A stretch of 64,000 bases of DNA from Mobula hypostoma (GCF_963921235.1 NC_086097.1:15438001-15502000), one strand, 5' to 3'. Shown: positions 36,856 to 50,149, counted from the first letter of the stretch. Numbers and translations are program-made. Notes: generated from the sequence alone by a model not told the origin.

Positions 36856-38714
36856 TTTTACTTAGTACTGTGAAAAATGGTTAAAATGAGAACCACATAT
36901 AAATACTGTGTCGATAATGTGTGCAATTGACATTGTTAGGGACACATCTAGCGAGTAGAAGACCAAAGACTGGCAAGTATATATATAGTTTGTTTATGAT
37001 GCTGTCAAACAATCAATTTGAAGTCAGCGTAAATAACACACACAAAGTGAAGGAGAAATGTATCAGGTTAGGCAGCATCACTGGAGAGGAATGAACAGTT
37101 GGCATTTCGGGGCAAGATCCTTCCAGAATCTTATGATTTACTGTCAGGATGTGTTATCACTGTTTGCTTAAGTGGCTGATCGTTCCTTTGTCTGTATTTG
37201 GTATTTAGCCAGGCCTTTGTAGTGTTCTCAATGTGGCATTTCTAAGAGCAGTGAGCTTCTGGTCTTGCGCTGGACTTTGTGGAAGATTGAGTACAGAGCA
37301 CCACTGCTTGCTCGTTTATTGTCTAGTGAAATAGATATTGTGTACACATTTATTTTTGCATAGCTACTCAGTTAAGCTCGAAGGTTTGAATTCCAGTCCA
37401 GAAGCTCAACTCACTGTTGTATCAACTGAGCTTTGTATCCACGTGTCATTTAAACATGGCTTGTAAATATCACCAACTGAGCCACAGCTGGTAACCACAA
37501 AATTATAGCTACTAAAATGTTAATTCCAAACAATGCAGGAAGTTCTGGTCAGACTGCATCTGCAGGAAGACAAATAGAATTAAAGTTTCAGATTGTTGAC
37601 CCGTCATCAGAATAGTAAAGGCAAAATAATCTTGTAAGGCTGCAGGGAGGGTGAGTTGGGGGGAATGTCTTTGAAAGGATGACCATGGGGGCTGCAGAAG
37701 ATTATCTTGTGAGTGATTGAGAACAGTTAGCATGAGGTCATAGACAAACGAACATAGGAGTTGTACTCTGCAGAGCAGGCGGACATCCCTGGCAGGTCAG
37801 GTTTGGCATGTTCACTTCTCCAAGAGAAAGAAAAATAGGGTACAAAAAATAAGCAGAGTTCATGTCACAGAAGTTTTTCCTCTGAGTGTGAAACCCTTCA
37901 GTTAACTTTGTACCCCTCTTCCCCCAACCCTCAGTTTCAGTTCATTCCTATCAAAGCCATTAATAACATCCTATCTATTTGTGATATGTAGAATCTGTTT
38001 CTTTGTGACTTGTGTACACACAATTGACTGTACAGCTTTTGATTATCTTTGTGGTCATGGTTGGTAAATCATCATCAGATGTTTCTCTACATGCACCTGC
38101 ACCAGAACCACCTGGTGTATCCTTGTCTTCCTCCCTCTTCTTTGTCATCATATTCCACTCCTCAGTAACATCTAAAATTATGGTGTATACGTTCACCATT
38201 TAGCTGTACCTCAACTTCAATTCTTATTCTATCTGCTGTCTCTAAACCATTAGAATATTCATCCCGTATTGAACAATGGAAGTTTCCTCCAACTACATAT
38301 TGGAATATTGAAGCCATTGTTTTCCAACCCTTCCACAAACTACTCCCAGCTAGCCTACTCTCGAATTGCTCCCATAAACCAAACCAGTTTACGATGCTTG
38401 CCCCTTGCACTTCTCTCCACACTGCTGCCTGATCTACAGAAATATCTCCTATTTGCAGTTTGTATTTTCAGTATTATGGTATTTTGGATTATTTGCAACC
38501 AGAGTGTCATATTTGAGCCTGCTTGAGCTGCGTGCTACATATCTGTACGAATGCTAAGGACACCTAGTTCTACCTCTGCCTTATTTGGCCTTGCCTCAGC
38601 TCACCTGCTTCATGCTTTTGCATGTCTTTAGTTGTAACTATTCCAATGTACACTGCCTTTGTCGTAGCATGCAGAAACTCCTGTTCCTCATTCAGGAATT
38701 GAGTAAGATGGAGT

Positions 38715-39230
38715 CACTGGTTGAGTGATGTCAACCTTGAACTCACCATCAGCAAAACCAAGGAAATGGTTGTGGACTTCAGGAAGGGAACTCAGGTGAA
38801 CACACATCAGTCCTAATTGAAGGGTCTGTGGTAGAGAGGCTGAGTAGTTTTTAAGTTCATGGGTGTCAGCATCTTTGTGAAACAATCCTGCACATAGATG
38901 CAACTATAACAAAAGGTATTCTAGCACCTCTAACTTATTAGAAGTTTAAGGAGGTTTTGCATGTTCTCAAAAGGTCTGCCAAATCTCTGCAGATGTACAG
39001 TGGAAAGCATTCTGCTAGTTTGCATTCTGGCCTAGTGTGGAAACTTCAATGTACAGGAATGCAAGAGTGTACAGAGAGTATTGGACTTGGTCAGTTCCAG
39101 CATGATACAGATCTCTCCACCATTGAGAACTTTTACAAGAGGTGATGTCTCAGACAGGTGACATTCATCATCAGAGACCTCCGTTATTCAGGACATGCCC
39201 GCTTGATACTGCCATCAGATTCTTAACCAA
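38715..39230 (+). mobile_element. Highly decayed Rex1/Babar-type LINE fragment
   Basis: KTKEMVVDFRK- and SFKF.GV-like motifs, matching the family seen at 35.8 kb and 57.1 kb. Confidence 0.55.
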
Positions 39231-39419
39231 CCTGAAAAAAAACACTACTACCAAGGACAATATTTTTCTCTTTCTGAATTCGCTCGATGCTGCAAGAGGA
39301 GTCCATTGGTCTTGGGTAAGGATTAATCAAAATGGTTTGTGGATTGGACTCAGTAGTTCACATTGTGTGTTTCTGGCTGCTCGTTTTTTGTTGCTATTTT
39401 ATGTGATTTGGGTTGGGGT

Positions 39420-41795
39420 GGTGTTCTTCAGGGGGTCAGTATTGGGACTGCTGCTTTTCTCACTGTTTGTCAGTGATTTAGATAATGGAATTGATGGCTT
39501 TGCGGCAAAGTTTGTCGATGATACGAAGTTAGGTGGAGGGGTAGGTTGTGCTGAGGAAGCAATGCGATTGCAGCAGGACTTAGAAGAATGGGCAGAAAAG
39601 GGGCAGATGGAATACTGTGTTGGGAAATGTATGATAATGCATTTTGGTAACAGGAACAGTAGTACAGCCTATTATCTAAATGGGGAGAAGGTTTAAACAT
39701 CAGAAGTGCAGAGGGACTTGGGAGTCCTCGTGCAAGACTTCCAGAAGGTTAATATACAGGTTGAGTCTGTGGTAAAGAAGGCAATGGCATTTATTTCAAG
39801 AGGGATAGAATATAAAAGCAGGGAGATGATGCTGAGCCTTTATAGGATACTAGTCAGGCCACACTTAGGCTACGTCCACACTAGACCGGATAATTTTGAA
39901 AACGCCGGTTTCGCATCAAAACGATAGGCGTCCACACCAGGCGTTTTTCAAAATACCTCCGTCCACATTAGAACGGATATTTGGGCGGATCTCCTCCTAC
40001 TGAGCATGTGCAGGACACACAGAAAACAAGCGAAGAGGAAATGGTATACTTGGTGCGCGTTTGTCTAGTGAGACTAGAAAAATTTAAAAGGAAATTGCCA
40101 AACGAAAGACTTGGTGCGTGTCTGTCCAGAAACATTTCCTACAGCCATAGTCTCTTCACCGATGAAAGATACGACAGCTACAACTAAATGCAATAAAGCT
40201 TGTTACTGGGCAAAAGTGAAATTTGCTGTTACCTCATTTGTTTGCCTTTACTTTTGCCATGTCTTTGTGTATTATTTTGCTGTATTTAATATGTGCAATA
40301 AAACAAGTTACTGGGCAAAAGTGACAATTGCATCTATTGAATATTTGCACAAGCAATACATTAATAACGTTACACGAACGTGGCAGTGGACGAACCCAAG
40401 TGCAGAACATGGGCGCGGGGGGCAGAGTCGGGAGACGTTATTGCTGTAGCGAGCCTGGAATCGGTTTCCCGGAGAGTCTTTACCCAAAGTCTTGGGTTTG
40501 GAGAGAATTCAGGAGTGATGCTAGACTTAGAACTAACAGCCCTAAAAACCATGAAATGAGGTTACTCACACCAGAGTCAACCAGCGAACTGGCAGCTCCT
40601 TTTTTTTTGTTTTACGGCGGTTGGCAACCGGTTTTCAGTGCATTACCGCCACCTGCTAAACTTCTTGTGTTCCAACCAAATATGTCCTGGAGTTCTCTAC
40701 TTTCGAACTATAAACTGGCAGCTCCTTGTGATCACAGGGTCTTTATCCTGCATTTTCTGATGGAAAGCAGGTGTGTGTAGTTAGTGGAACCTGGGAATGA
40801 TTGGAAATTAAACGAGGGGATTGAAGCCCAATTTCTGAGGTAAATAGTAAGGTGAGGGATTGCCAGAAGGGACCGTGACAAATAAAGCGCCTTGTTGAGT
40901 GTATAAAACATGTCTGCATCAGTGTTATCTTGTATTTCCATACCATGTTACATTAGGCTGTTACACATCTATTGTCAGATGTTGTTGTTGTGGTGTTGGA
41001 GGTGAAATGCCGCTCTGCCGCCACCATTTGTTCTGGCACGTCATGACAGCGTTTTTAAAATTAACCGGTTACTCCGTACACACTACAATGGCCAACCGGC
41101 GTTTTCAGATTTAAACACTTTGGAGAGTGTTTTAGAAAAGCTCCGTTTTCGGGGGAGGAAAACACCGTTTCAGTGTGGACGGAGGGTCAAAACGAAGAGA
41201 AAAAGCTTTGGTTATGGATTTATCTGGTCTAGTGTGGACATAGCCTTAGAGTATTGTCAAGTTTTGGGCCCGATATCTCAAAGGATGTGTTGTCATTGGA
41301 GAGAGTCCAGAGGACGTTCACAAGGATGATTCCGGGAATGAAGAGATTACATATGAGGAGCATTTGGTAACTTTGGGCCTGTACTCACTGGAATTTAGAA
41401 GAATGCAGAGGGATCTCATTGAAACATACCAAATGTTGAAAGGACTAGATAGGATGGATGTAGAGAGGATGTTTCCTTTGGTGGAAGAATCCAGAACTAG
41501 ATAGCGCAGCCTCATATTGAGGGGCGAACCTTTAGAACAGAAGTAAGGAGAATCTTTTTTAGCCAGAGAATAGTAAATCTGTGGAATGCTCTGCCACAGA
41601 CTGCGATGGAGGCCAAGTCTGTTGGTATATTTAAGGCGGAAGTTGATCGTTTCCTGATAAGTCAGGACATTAAAGGATATGGCGAGAAGGCAGGTGTATG
41701 GGGTTGAGTGGGATCCGGGATCAGCAATAGTGGAATGGCAGAGCTGACTTGATGGGCTGAATGGCCTAATTCTGCTCCTATGTCTTATGGTCTTG
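39420..41795 (+). mobile_element. CR1 LINE 3' half split by a Harbinger-type insertion
   Basis: GSVLGLLLF, KFVDDTKLGG, QRDLGVLVQ, LVRPHL|EYC. Removing 39868-41245 and one TTA restores RPHLEYC. Confidence 0.9.
39868..41245. mobile_element. Non-autonomous PIF/Harbinger-type DNA transposon (1378 bp)
   Basis: 26-bp TIRs GGCTACGTCCACACTAGACCGGATAA / TTATCTGGTCTAGTGTGGACATAGCC (2 mismatches). TTA TSD at 39865-39867 and 41246-41248. Subterminal GTCCACA repeats and a CpG-rich interior. Confidence 0.9.
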
Positions 41796-43769
41796 TGTTA
41801 TAGCCTGCAGATAGCAAGAGACGAGGCGCTGGATTGAACTGAATGGAGCCAAACTGAATATGCCTATACCCTTTTGATGTTTTTGTGATTTGGTGTTTTG
41901 TATTCTGTGCTTTTCGCTCTTTTTTCTCTTGCCATTTGCACATTGGAGGTTTGATGTTTTTCTTTAAGTGGGATCCGTGGTGTTCTTTGTTTCCTGGCTT
42001 TCTGTGGAAAGAGCAACCTCAGGGTAGTAAACTGTGTACGCACTTTGATAATATATTGTGTTTACTTTGACATGTAGGTAATGGATAGTTTTTATTAAAT
42101 TAAGTCAGGTTGATAGATTCTTGATTAGTTTGGCATGAAGGGATATGGGGAGAAGGCAAGAGATTGGGGCTGAGAAGGAAAATAGATCAGATCAGCCAAA
42201 TGGCCTAATTCTGCTCCTATGTCTTGGGGTCTTATGGAATTATTCCAGCATTGGAACAGTGCCTTCACCTGCTGAGGTGATAATCGCACGTGTTCTCTCT
42301 CATACACTCACTTGATCTTTCTGTCTGTCAGTTGTAATATTTGATCAAGGTTTATCATCTACTCTTCACCTCCTTAAGTGGTTGACCATCAGTTTTTTCC
42401 CCCCTTTCAAATCTTGGAAACGTTTCTTCCACATAAATAAATTGGAGTTCTAGTGGCTTCTGATATATCTTTTGGCCCATTTCATGACAAAGATAGTTAT
42501 ATGTAAAACACAAGAGATTCTGCAGATACTGGAAATATAGTGCAATACACAAAATGTTGGAGGAACTTTAAAATTTTAGATGTTTGGTATATGCAGGTAC
42601 AGTATGTGGGGACTATCTGCACCATAGATTCATTTGTAAAACTCAGGATAAGTTGTGCTCAGAAGATTCTAGTTATTCTACATTTAGTATTGCACTCGGT
42701 TTACTGTTTGCATGGCCCTATCTAAAGGGTACGAGTCTTCTTTAAGAGAAGCCTTGCCGGTGCTGTCCTGAATTAGGTTGATATCAAATATGAGAGTTGA
42801 ATTACAGTTGTGATGTTGCTGCACAATATTTAGTGTGGCTTTAGCAATGCTGAAGTTGCATAATAAAGGGAGATATTAAATGATAAAGTGTTACTTTTCT
42901 ATGTGACAGAATGAGTGTAGGATGAAGGTATTCAGGATAATGCCCTGAATGACCACCAACTAAACAGTCTTGTTAATTTCATCCTACTAGTAATGGCTGC
43001 ACCAACTATTTTCAGAATAAAAGGGTTAATTTGTTAGTTGCCAAAGAAGACGCAAGATGGTACGAGTACAGGTCAGTGGGAGTAGGCAGTTTAAATGGAC
43101 TGGAGCAGACTAGATGAGCCAAATGGTCTGTTTCTCTGCTGTACTTTTCGATGATTCTATTGGTGCAAAGGTGAAAAATAAAAAAAAATGTCTTGACAAT
43201 GCCAGATATTTTTGTTAGTATTCCTTGTATAATAATTAATCTTTCATTCTAATCAAGTTGACATGCTATTATTTAAGCTCTTCACTATCCACGTAAACAA
43301 AAAACCTCTTTTTCGATCATGTCTAGATTGGAGTACAATTTATATTTGAAATTGTTGATTGTTGGAATTTTATTCGGGAGCTATCCTTGTGACATTACTG
43401 ACATTTAAGTACTGCTGCACTGAACATTGCATTGGTTTTATGAATGATAGTTTCATTGTTCATGCTTTGCCCCAATTTTTAGATTTAAAAGGATGTTTAT
43501 TTGGTTGCTGTTTGTCTGACATACTGAAATTAGAATATTTACTCTGTACTGAAAGGTGAATTATCAGAAAAGTTAAGACTGAAATGATTATACATCTGAT
43601 ATTTATGATTTGGTGATGAGACTATTTTGAAATCTGCAAGTTTAAAAATTGAAGAAGATATTAGTTATTGGAATTGTAGCGATCTTTTCTGCTTCTTTGC
43701 TGCCAAGCATCAGTTCTGAACATCCCAAAGTTTATTGCGACATTGAAGTATGTATGGGTTGCTTGAAGC

Positions 43770-43970
43770 AAACTAAACCATCAAATTGTGTACAACCAGC
43801 TCCCATAAACAAGGTGCAATAATAACCAAATAATGTCATTTATTGATTCTCATTGTGGGATGAATGTTGGCCAGAACATCGGGGGTAACTTGAGCTCATT
43901 GAAATAGTGAATAAGACAATAACAGAAATAGAAAAAGACAATAACAGTCAAGTCTCATCTGAAAGACCTT
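43770..43970 (-). mobile_element. Ancient Deu-SINE remnant
   Basis: GGGATGAATGTTGGCCAGAACATCGGGGGTAACT...GAAATAGTG...GTCTCATCTGAAAGAC resembles the reverse complement of the Deu domain as I recall it. Confidence 0.55.
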
Positions 43971-44477
43971 GGGAGGAAAGCGAATAAGGAAGTACTGGGG
44001 AGAGAGAGTTATTGAGAACTTGCAGAGATAAAGATAAGCAGGAGTACAAAATAAACAAAAATGCAATTATAGTGCTGTAAAACTATCCAAGTGGCTGGCC
44101 AAATTAGAATAGGGGGCTAGGGTGGTGAAGCAATAATGTTATAGTACATTTGTATAAAGCATAATTATGCTATGATTAGAATACTGAGTGCAGATTTGGG
44201 CTGATTAGTATGAGAGAACGTCCATTGTAGACTAAGCAAACTGATGCATGGTTTTGGTTGAAACTAGATGCTTTCCACCCAGTGGAGAAAAGCATTACTT
44301 GAATTTAAATACAAACAATGAAAAAATTTTATGAGTATTACGAGAGACTATGCGTTCTGTTTAGGGTGTCAGTGACTTCAAAATATTTACACCAATGAGG
44401 TGGGAGAATAATACGTTTTTTCATTATAATAATCTGCGGAACACTTTGCTTCTAAATAGTCAAGAAAGAGAATAAAC

Positions 44478-44850
44478 AGTCAATGTTTCAGACTGACAAG
44501 GAAGGATGGGGAGAGGAGAAAGAGGTAAGCTGGAAGGTGATAGGTGAAGCCAGGTGGGTGGGAAAGGTCAAGGACTGGAGAAGAAAGAATTATAGAGGAG
44601 ACTGGACAATAGGAGAAAGGGAAGGAGGAGGGGACCCGGGGGAAGTAATAGGCAGGTGAGAAGAAGTGAAAGGTCAGAGTGGGGAATAGAGGGGGAGGGG
44701 GAAATCTGTTCACCAGAAGTAGAAATTGATATTCATACCATCAGGTTGGAGGGTACCAGATTTCTCAGTGCTGAAGAAAGGTCTTGGTCTGAAACTTTGA
44801 CTGTTTACTCTTTTCCATAGATGCTGCCTGACCTCCAGCATTTTGTGTGC
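44478..44850. mobile_element. Penelope-like terminal fragments in inverted arrangement
   Basis: A minus-strand 3' piece (to ~44761) is followed by a plus-strand CAGTGCTGAAGAAAGGTCTTGGTCTGAAAC...CCAGCATTTTGTGTG terminus. Confidence 0.7.
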
Positions 44851-45184
44851 GAGTGAGTGAGTCTAATTGGTGCTCTGTTTGGTGGGGGTGGGGGGGGGCC
44901 ATGGTGAGGGATGAAAAGTCTCTTGGAATTGCTCTACTCCCAACTGGCAGAAGATGCCTACAACCTTGCCTCATCTGGTAAATCTAACAATGTCCATCCC
45001 GTCAGTGCCCCATATGCTTGTTCATAGGTATGGGTGTCTGTAGGTTCACTGAAACCCAGGAAGGATCTCTTCATGCTGAGGATCATGTTGAAACCAAATG
45101 TTGCTACTGCAGCGGTTCTGCTTGGAAAGATCACAGTTCAGAATCTTTTTGTAGCTGGAACCTAATCACTGTATTCCTTAAAGG

Positions 45185-45852
45185 CAGGGGTTCTTAACCT
45201 TTTTTATGCCCTGGACCCTTTTTGCAGTTCGGTGAAGCCTGTGGACCCCTTCTCAGAATGAAGTGTTTAAACTTATCAAATAAAATACATAGGATTGCAA
45301 AAGAAACCTATTATCTTGAACGCAAACAACAGGAATTCTGCAGATGCTGGAAATTCAAGCAACACACATCAAAGTTGCTGGAAATTCAAGCAACACACAT
45401 CAAAGTTGCTGGTGAACGCAGCAGGCCAAGCAGCATCTATAGGAAGAGGCGCAGTCGACGTTTCAGGCCGAGACCCTTCGTCAGACAAAGGGTCTCGGCC
45501 TGAAACGTCGACTGCGCCTCTTCCTATAGATGCTGCTTGGCCTGCTGCGTTCACCAGCAACTTTGATGTGTGTTGCTATTATCTTGAAATACAGTTATCA
45601 AAATATTAAAAACACATGTATTATATAATATGTGCTTCTTTATTAACACATTAAATAACAGAACTATACATTTAAGATATAGGCAAGTTAAAATTAAATC
45701 TTATTATTTAAAGGCAGTTGTTGCTGAGCATGTGGAAGAACATTAAACTGCCAATGAAGTTGTAAATTTTTGTTCCCATCCAAATTCACAGACCTTCTGG
45801 AATCCATCGATGGATCGCTGAGGTGTCTGTGGACCCCAGGTTCAGAACCCTG
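45185..45852. mobile_element. hAT (Charlie-like) MITE hosting a Penelope-derived palindrome
   Basis: TIRs CAGGGGTTCTTAACC / GGTTCAGAACCCTG. Degenerate 8-bp TSD CTTAAAGG vs CTCAGAGG. Confidence 0.75.
45321..45577. mobile_element. Palindromic Penelope terminal insertion with 13-bp TSD
   Basis: Inverted repeat 45389-45577 centred on 45483. CTATTATCTTGAA at 45308-45320 and 45576-45588. 31-bp tandem duplication at 45346-45407. Confidence 0.9.
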
Positions 45853-46068
45853 CTCAGAGGTTTCTCTGATGAATTGTTTGAGAAAGCAACATTAGCAGAA
45901 TTGGAGTCCGAGACTGCCGTTCCTGTAAACTGGAACAAAACAACAGCATGTCGGCCAGTATCTGTGGAGACAGAAGGATGGTTGATATTTTGGGTCAAGA
46001 TCCTGTATTAGGGAACATCAGTGGATTGAATTGCTTGGTATAGCGAATGAAGGCAAAGATGCTTCCTG

Positions 46069-47452
46069 AGTCATAGTCATACTCATACTTTATTGATCCC
46101 GAGGGAAATTGATTTTCGTTACAGTTACACCATAAATAATTAAATAGTAATAAAACCATAAATAGTTAAATAGTAATATGTAAATTATGCCAGGAAATAA
46201 GTCCAGGAGCAGCCTATTGGCTCAGGGTGTCTGTCCCTCCAAGGGAGGAGTTGTAAAGTTTGATGGCCACAGGCAGGAATGACTTCCTATGACGCTCTGT
46301 GTTGCATCTCGGTGGAATGAGTCTCTGGCTGAATGTACTCCTGTGCCCAACCAGTACATTATGCAGTGGATGGGAGACATTGTCCAAGATGGCATGCAAC
46401 TTGGACAGCATCCTCTTCTCAGACACCACCGTGAGAGAGTCCAGTTCCATCCCCACAACATCACTGGCCTTATGAATGAGTTTGCTGATTCTGTTGGTGT
46501 CTGCTACCCTCAGCCTGCTGCCCCAGCACACAACAGCAAACATGATCGCACCGGCCACCATAGACTCGTAGAACATCCTCAGCATCGTCCGACAGATGTT
46601 AAAGGACCTCAGTCTCCTCAGGAAATAGAGACGGCTCTGACCCTTCTTGTAGACAGCCTCAGTGTTCTTTGACCACTCCAGTTTATTGTCAGTTCGTATC
46701 CCCAGGTATTTGTAATCCTCCACCATGTCCACACTGACCCCCTGGATGGAAACAGGGGTCACCGGTGCCTTAGCTCTCCTCAGGTCTACCACCAGCTCCT
46801 TAGTCTTTTTCACATTAAGCTGCAGATAATTCTGCTCACACCATGTGACAAAGTTTCCTATTGTAGCCCTGTACTCAGCCTCATCTCCCTTGCTGATGCA
46901 TCCAACTATGGCAGAGTCATCAGAAAACTTCTGAAGATGACAAGACTCTGTGCAGTAGTTGAAATCTGAGGTGTAAATGGTGAAGAGAAAGGGAGACAAG
47001 ACAGTCCCCTGTGGAGCCCCAGTGCTGCTGATCACTCTGTTGGACACAGTGTTGCAGGCACACGTACTGTGGTCTGCCAGTCAGGTAATCAAGAATCCAT
47101 GACACCGGGAAAGCATCCACCTGCATCACTGTCAGCTTCTCCCCTAGCAGAGCAGGGCGGATGGTGTTGAACGCACTGGAGAAGTCAAAAAAAAACATGA
47201 CCCTCACAGTGCTCGCTGGCTTGTCCAGGTGGGCGTAGACACGGTTCAGCAGGTAGACGATGGCATCCTCAACTCCAAGTCGGGGCTGGTAGGCGAACTG
47301 GAGGGGATCTAAGTGTGGCCTGACCATAGGCTGGAGCAGCTCCAGAACAAGTCTCTCCAGGGTCTTCATGAAGTGGGAGGTCAATGCCACCGGTCTGTAG
47401 TCATTGAGGCCACTGGGGCGCGGCGTCTTCGGCACAGGGACGAGGCAGGACG
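46069..47452 (-). mobile_element. Rex1-type LINE, relatively young, 5'-truncated
   Basis: ORFs 46920..47531 and 46214..47047: LNDYRPVALTS, DPLQFAYQ, FDFSSAFNTI, STGAPQGTVLSPFLF, LQKFSDD. Few frameshifts. Confidence 0.93.
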
Positions 47453-48875
47453 TGAGTGTGTGACTGTGTATGGTACAAGTAAAGTAGATCTTTGGAGGAG
47501 AGGAAAACTTGCACAGTCCAATGAGTTGCAAGGCCTATTCCTTGAAAATTTATCTTCTCTGGTTTTATGTTTTCATTGGTGACTGTTGAACTTCAGTATG
47601 AATTTATGATTAAAGTTTGACTACAGGCTGAGTTTCTCCAGCTCCTCTAAACCTAAATTTAGGTTGACATCAGGATCTAGATGGTAACTTTGTGATGTCA
47701 AGCTAGTTTAGTGATGGATAACTTCCACATTTAAAATGCGTTTTGCTATTTTTGCATGGGTGTGTTGCGCAGCGGAGGAGATTGGAGAACTGGGTGATTT
47801 GACCACAAGAGGAAGGAATGCACCACCTCACAAGCTACACTCTTATCCATCCCATTACCCACCTCCTGCCCCACCTTTAGATAGATCTGCAGTTTGAATA
47901 TTGGGCCTGTTCGCCACTGTAAAACAAAACTAGAATGGAAGCAAGTCATTCTCAGTCCTGAGGGACTGCTTCAGAGTGTTGCGTGCCTTGTATATTCTTG
48001 TGTTTTGCCAAGCAAAGTCAGGTTTATTGTTACTGCCTTGAAATGAAATATGTTGTTCTCCGGCAGCAGACAGTTCAAAAACATAAACTTACTATAAATT
48101 ACAAAATAAACACTAATAAAATAATTACAACTGGTTTATTTGGCTCTGCTTTCCCTTTTCTTGTTTGTTCATGTTGGTCTCATGGAGATCTCGATGCAGT
48201 ATACATTAAGTGAGAACATTCATATTAACTATGTTGAAGCTTTACCTGTCTAACCTGGTTTTCACTGTAGTGACTGCTCTGTTGTGGTTCAGACTATCAG
48301 CACGATTAATATGATCCGAAACACGTACAAATGATTCCTGTTACAAGTATAAAGTTACAACTTAGTTTTCAGTTTCCCTTGCCGAACACATGCAGCATGA
48401 GTAGGGTTTTTCATTAACAACTCATCAATGTTCACAAATAAAACTTACTTTGGGATAATAAGATCTGTCATTACCAACAGATGGAAAAACCAGGAGTTGA
48501 GCCATAAACGTGAGAAAGTCTGCAGATGCTGGAAGCTGAAAGGAACATACATAAAAAAGCTGGAGGAACTCAGCAGAACAAGCAGCATCTATGGAAATAA
48601 ATGGTTGGTGCTTTGGGCTGAGACCCTTCTTCAGGACTGCCCTGCTGAGTTCTTCCAGCATTTTATGTGTGTTGCTTAAGAGTTAAGCCTTATTCTTTTT
48701 CTCTATTTTTAATTTTGGGTTGTTTAGTGTTATATTAAAAATATTGCTAAGTATCACATTCCACAAAATTGTTCCTATGTAAGGAAAGTACTAATTTACA
48801 ATTTACTATAATGAATTCCAGAGTCCCGAAAAAGGGTCTCAGCCTGAAACATCGACACTGTTTATTCATTTCCTG

Positions 48876-50149
48876 ATACTTAAGCTTACATTCCAGCGAA
48901 TTACTGAAAGGATTGGTAAATGGAAAAATATTAAGAGTTCCGTCTGGTCTGGAGGGAAGTATCTTTAACTTGTTAGAACGATGAAATTTCTAAATGCTGC
49001 TGGTACAGAGCTAGGGTAAAAGAGCCTACTGAGGCTCAAAATGTGTCACAGCTGAAAATGTTTGTAAATGACTGGTTGCAATAAATCTGTCCTGCATGGT
49101 AATCTGAATTTAAATAGACATAACTAAATAATATCACAAATCACATTACAACAATAAACAACTCACTTCCCTTATTCACACATTTTGACCTGAAATGTCG
49201 ACTGAGTTTCTCCAGCATTTTGTGTGGTTTCTTTAAATTAAACCGAAGCCTTTAAAAATTATAGCATATTAAATTTGCATTAATCTGTGAATAAGGGAAG
49301 TGAATTGTTTATTGTTGCAATGTGATTTGTGATATTTTTTAGTTATGTTTATTTAAGTTCTGATTACCATGCAGGAATCAGAATCAGGTTTATTATCACC
49401 GGCATGTGATGTGAAATTTGTTAACTTAGCTGCAGCAGTTCAATGCAATACGTAATCTAGCAAAGAGAAAAAAATAAATAAACTAAAACATAATAAATAA
49501 GTAAATTATGTGTATTGAATAGATTAAACAAAATGTGCAAGAACAGAAATACTGTATATTTTGAAATAAAGTGAGGTAGTGTCCAAAGCTTCAATGTCCA
49601 TTCAAGAATTGGATGGCAGAGGGGAAGAAGCTGTTCCTGAATTGCTGAGTGTGTGTCTTCAGGCTTCTGTACCTCCTACCTGATGTTTCTCCTAACAGTG
49701 AGAAAAGGGCATGCCCAGGGTGCTGGAGGTCCTTAATAATGGACGCTGCCTTTCTGAGACACCACTCCCTAAAGATGTCCTGGGTACTTTGTAGGTTAGT
49801 GCCCAAGATGGAGCTGACTAGATTTACAACCTTCTGCAGCTTCTTTCAGTCCTGTGCAGTAGCCCTTCCATACCAGACAGTGATGCAGCCTGTCAGAATG
49901 CTCTCCATGGTAGAACTATATAAGTTTTTGAGTATATTTGTTGACAGGTTTATTGCAAACAGCCATTTACAGACATTTTCAGCTTTGACATATCTCAAGC
50001 CTCAGCAGACTCTTTTACCCTAACTGTGTACCAGTAGCATTTTGAAATGTCATACTTCTAACACATATTTCCCTCCAGATCAGATGGAACTCTTAATTTT
50101 TTCCATTTACCAATCCTTTTAGTAATTTGCTGGCTGTAAGCTTAAGTAT
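48876..50149. repeat. ~300-bp inverted duplication whose right arm is interrupted by a LINE
   Basis: Left arm 48876-49180 is the diverged reverse complement of 49286-49376 joined to ~49945-50149. Confidence 0.85.
49377..49944 (-). mobile_element. Rex1/Babar-type LINE 3' fragment (same family as 35806-36855)
   Basis: IIKDLQHPGHALFSLL...SGRRYRSLKTHTQQFRNSFFPSAIQFLNGH and a (GATTCT) tail. Confidence 0.88.

Noticed and set aside
42895..42950. Candidate downstream TRIP11 exon (GACAG|AATGAGTGTAGG...)
   Set aside because: Only the first codons resemble NERLK; the frame closes quickly with no further similarity. No TRIP11 exon 2 or 3 was found in the window.
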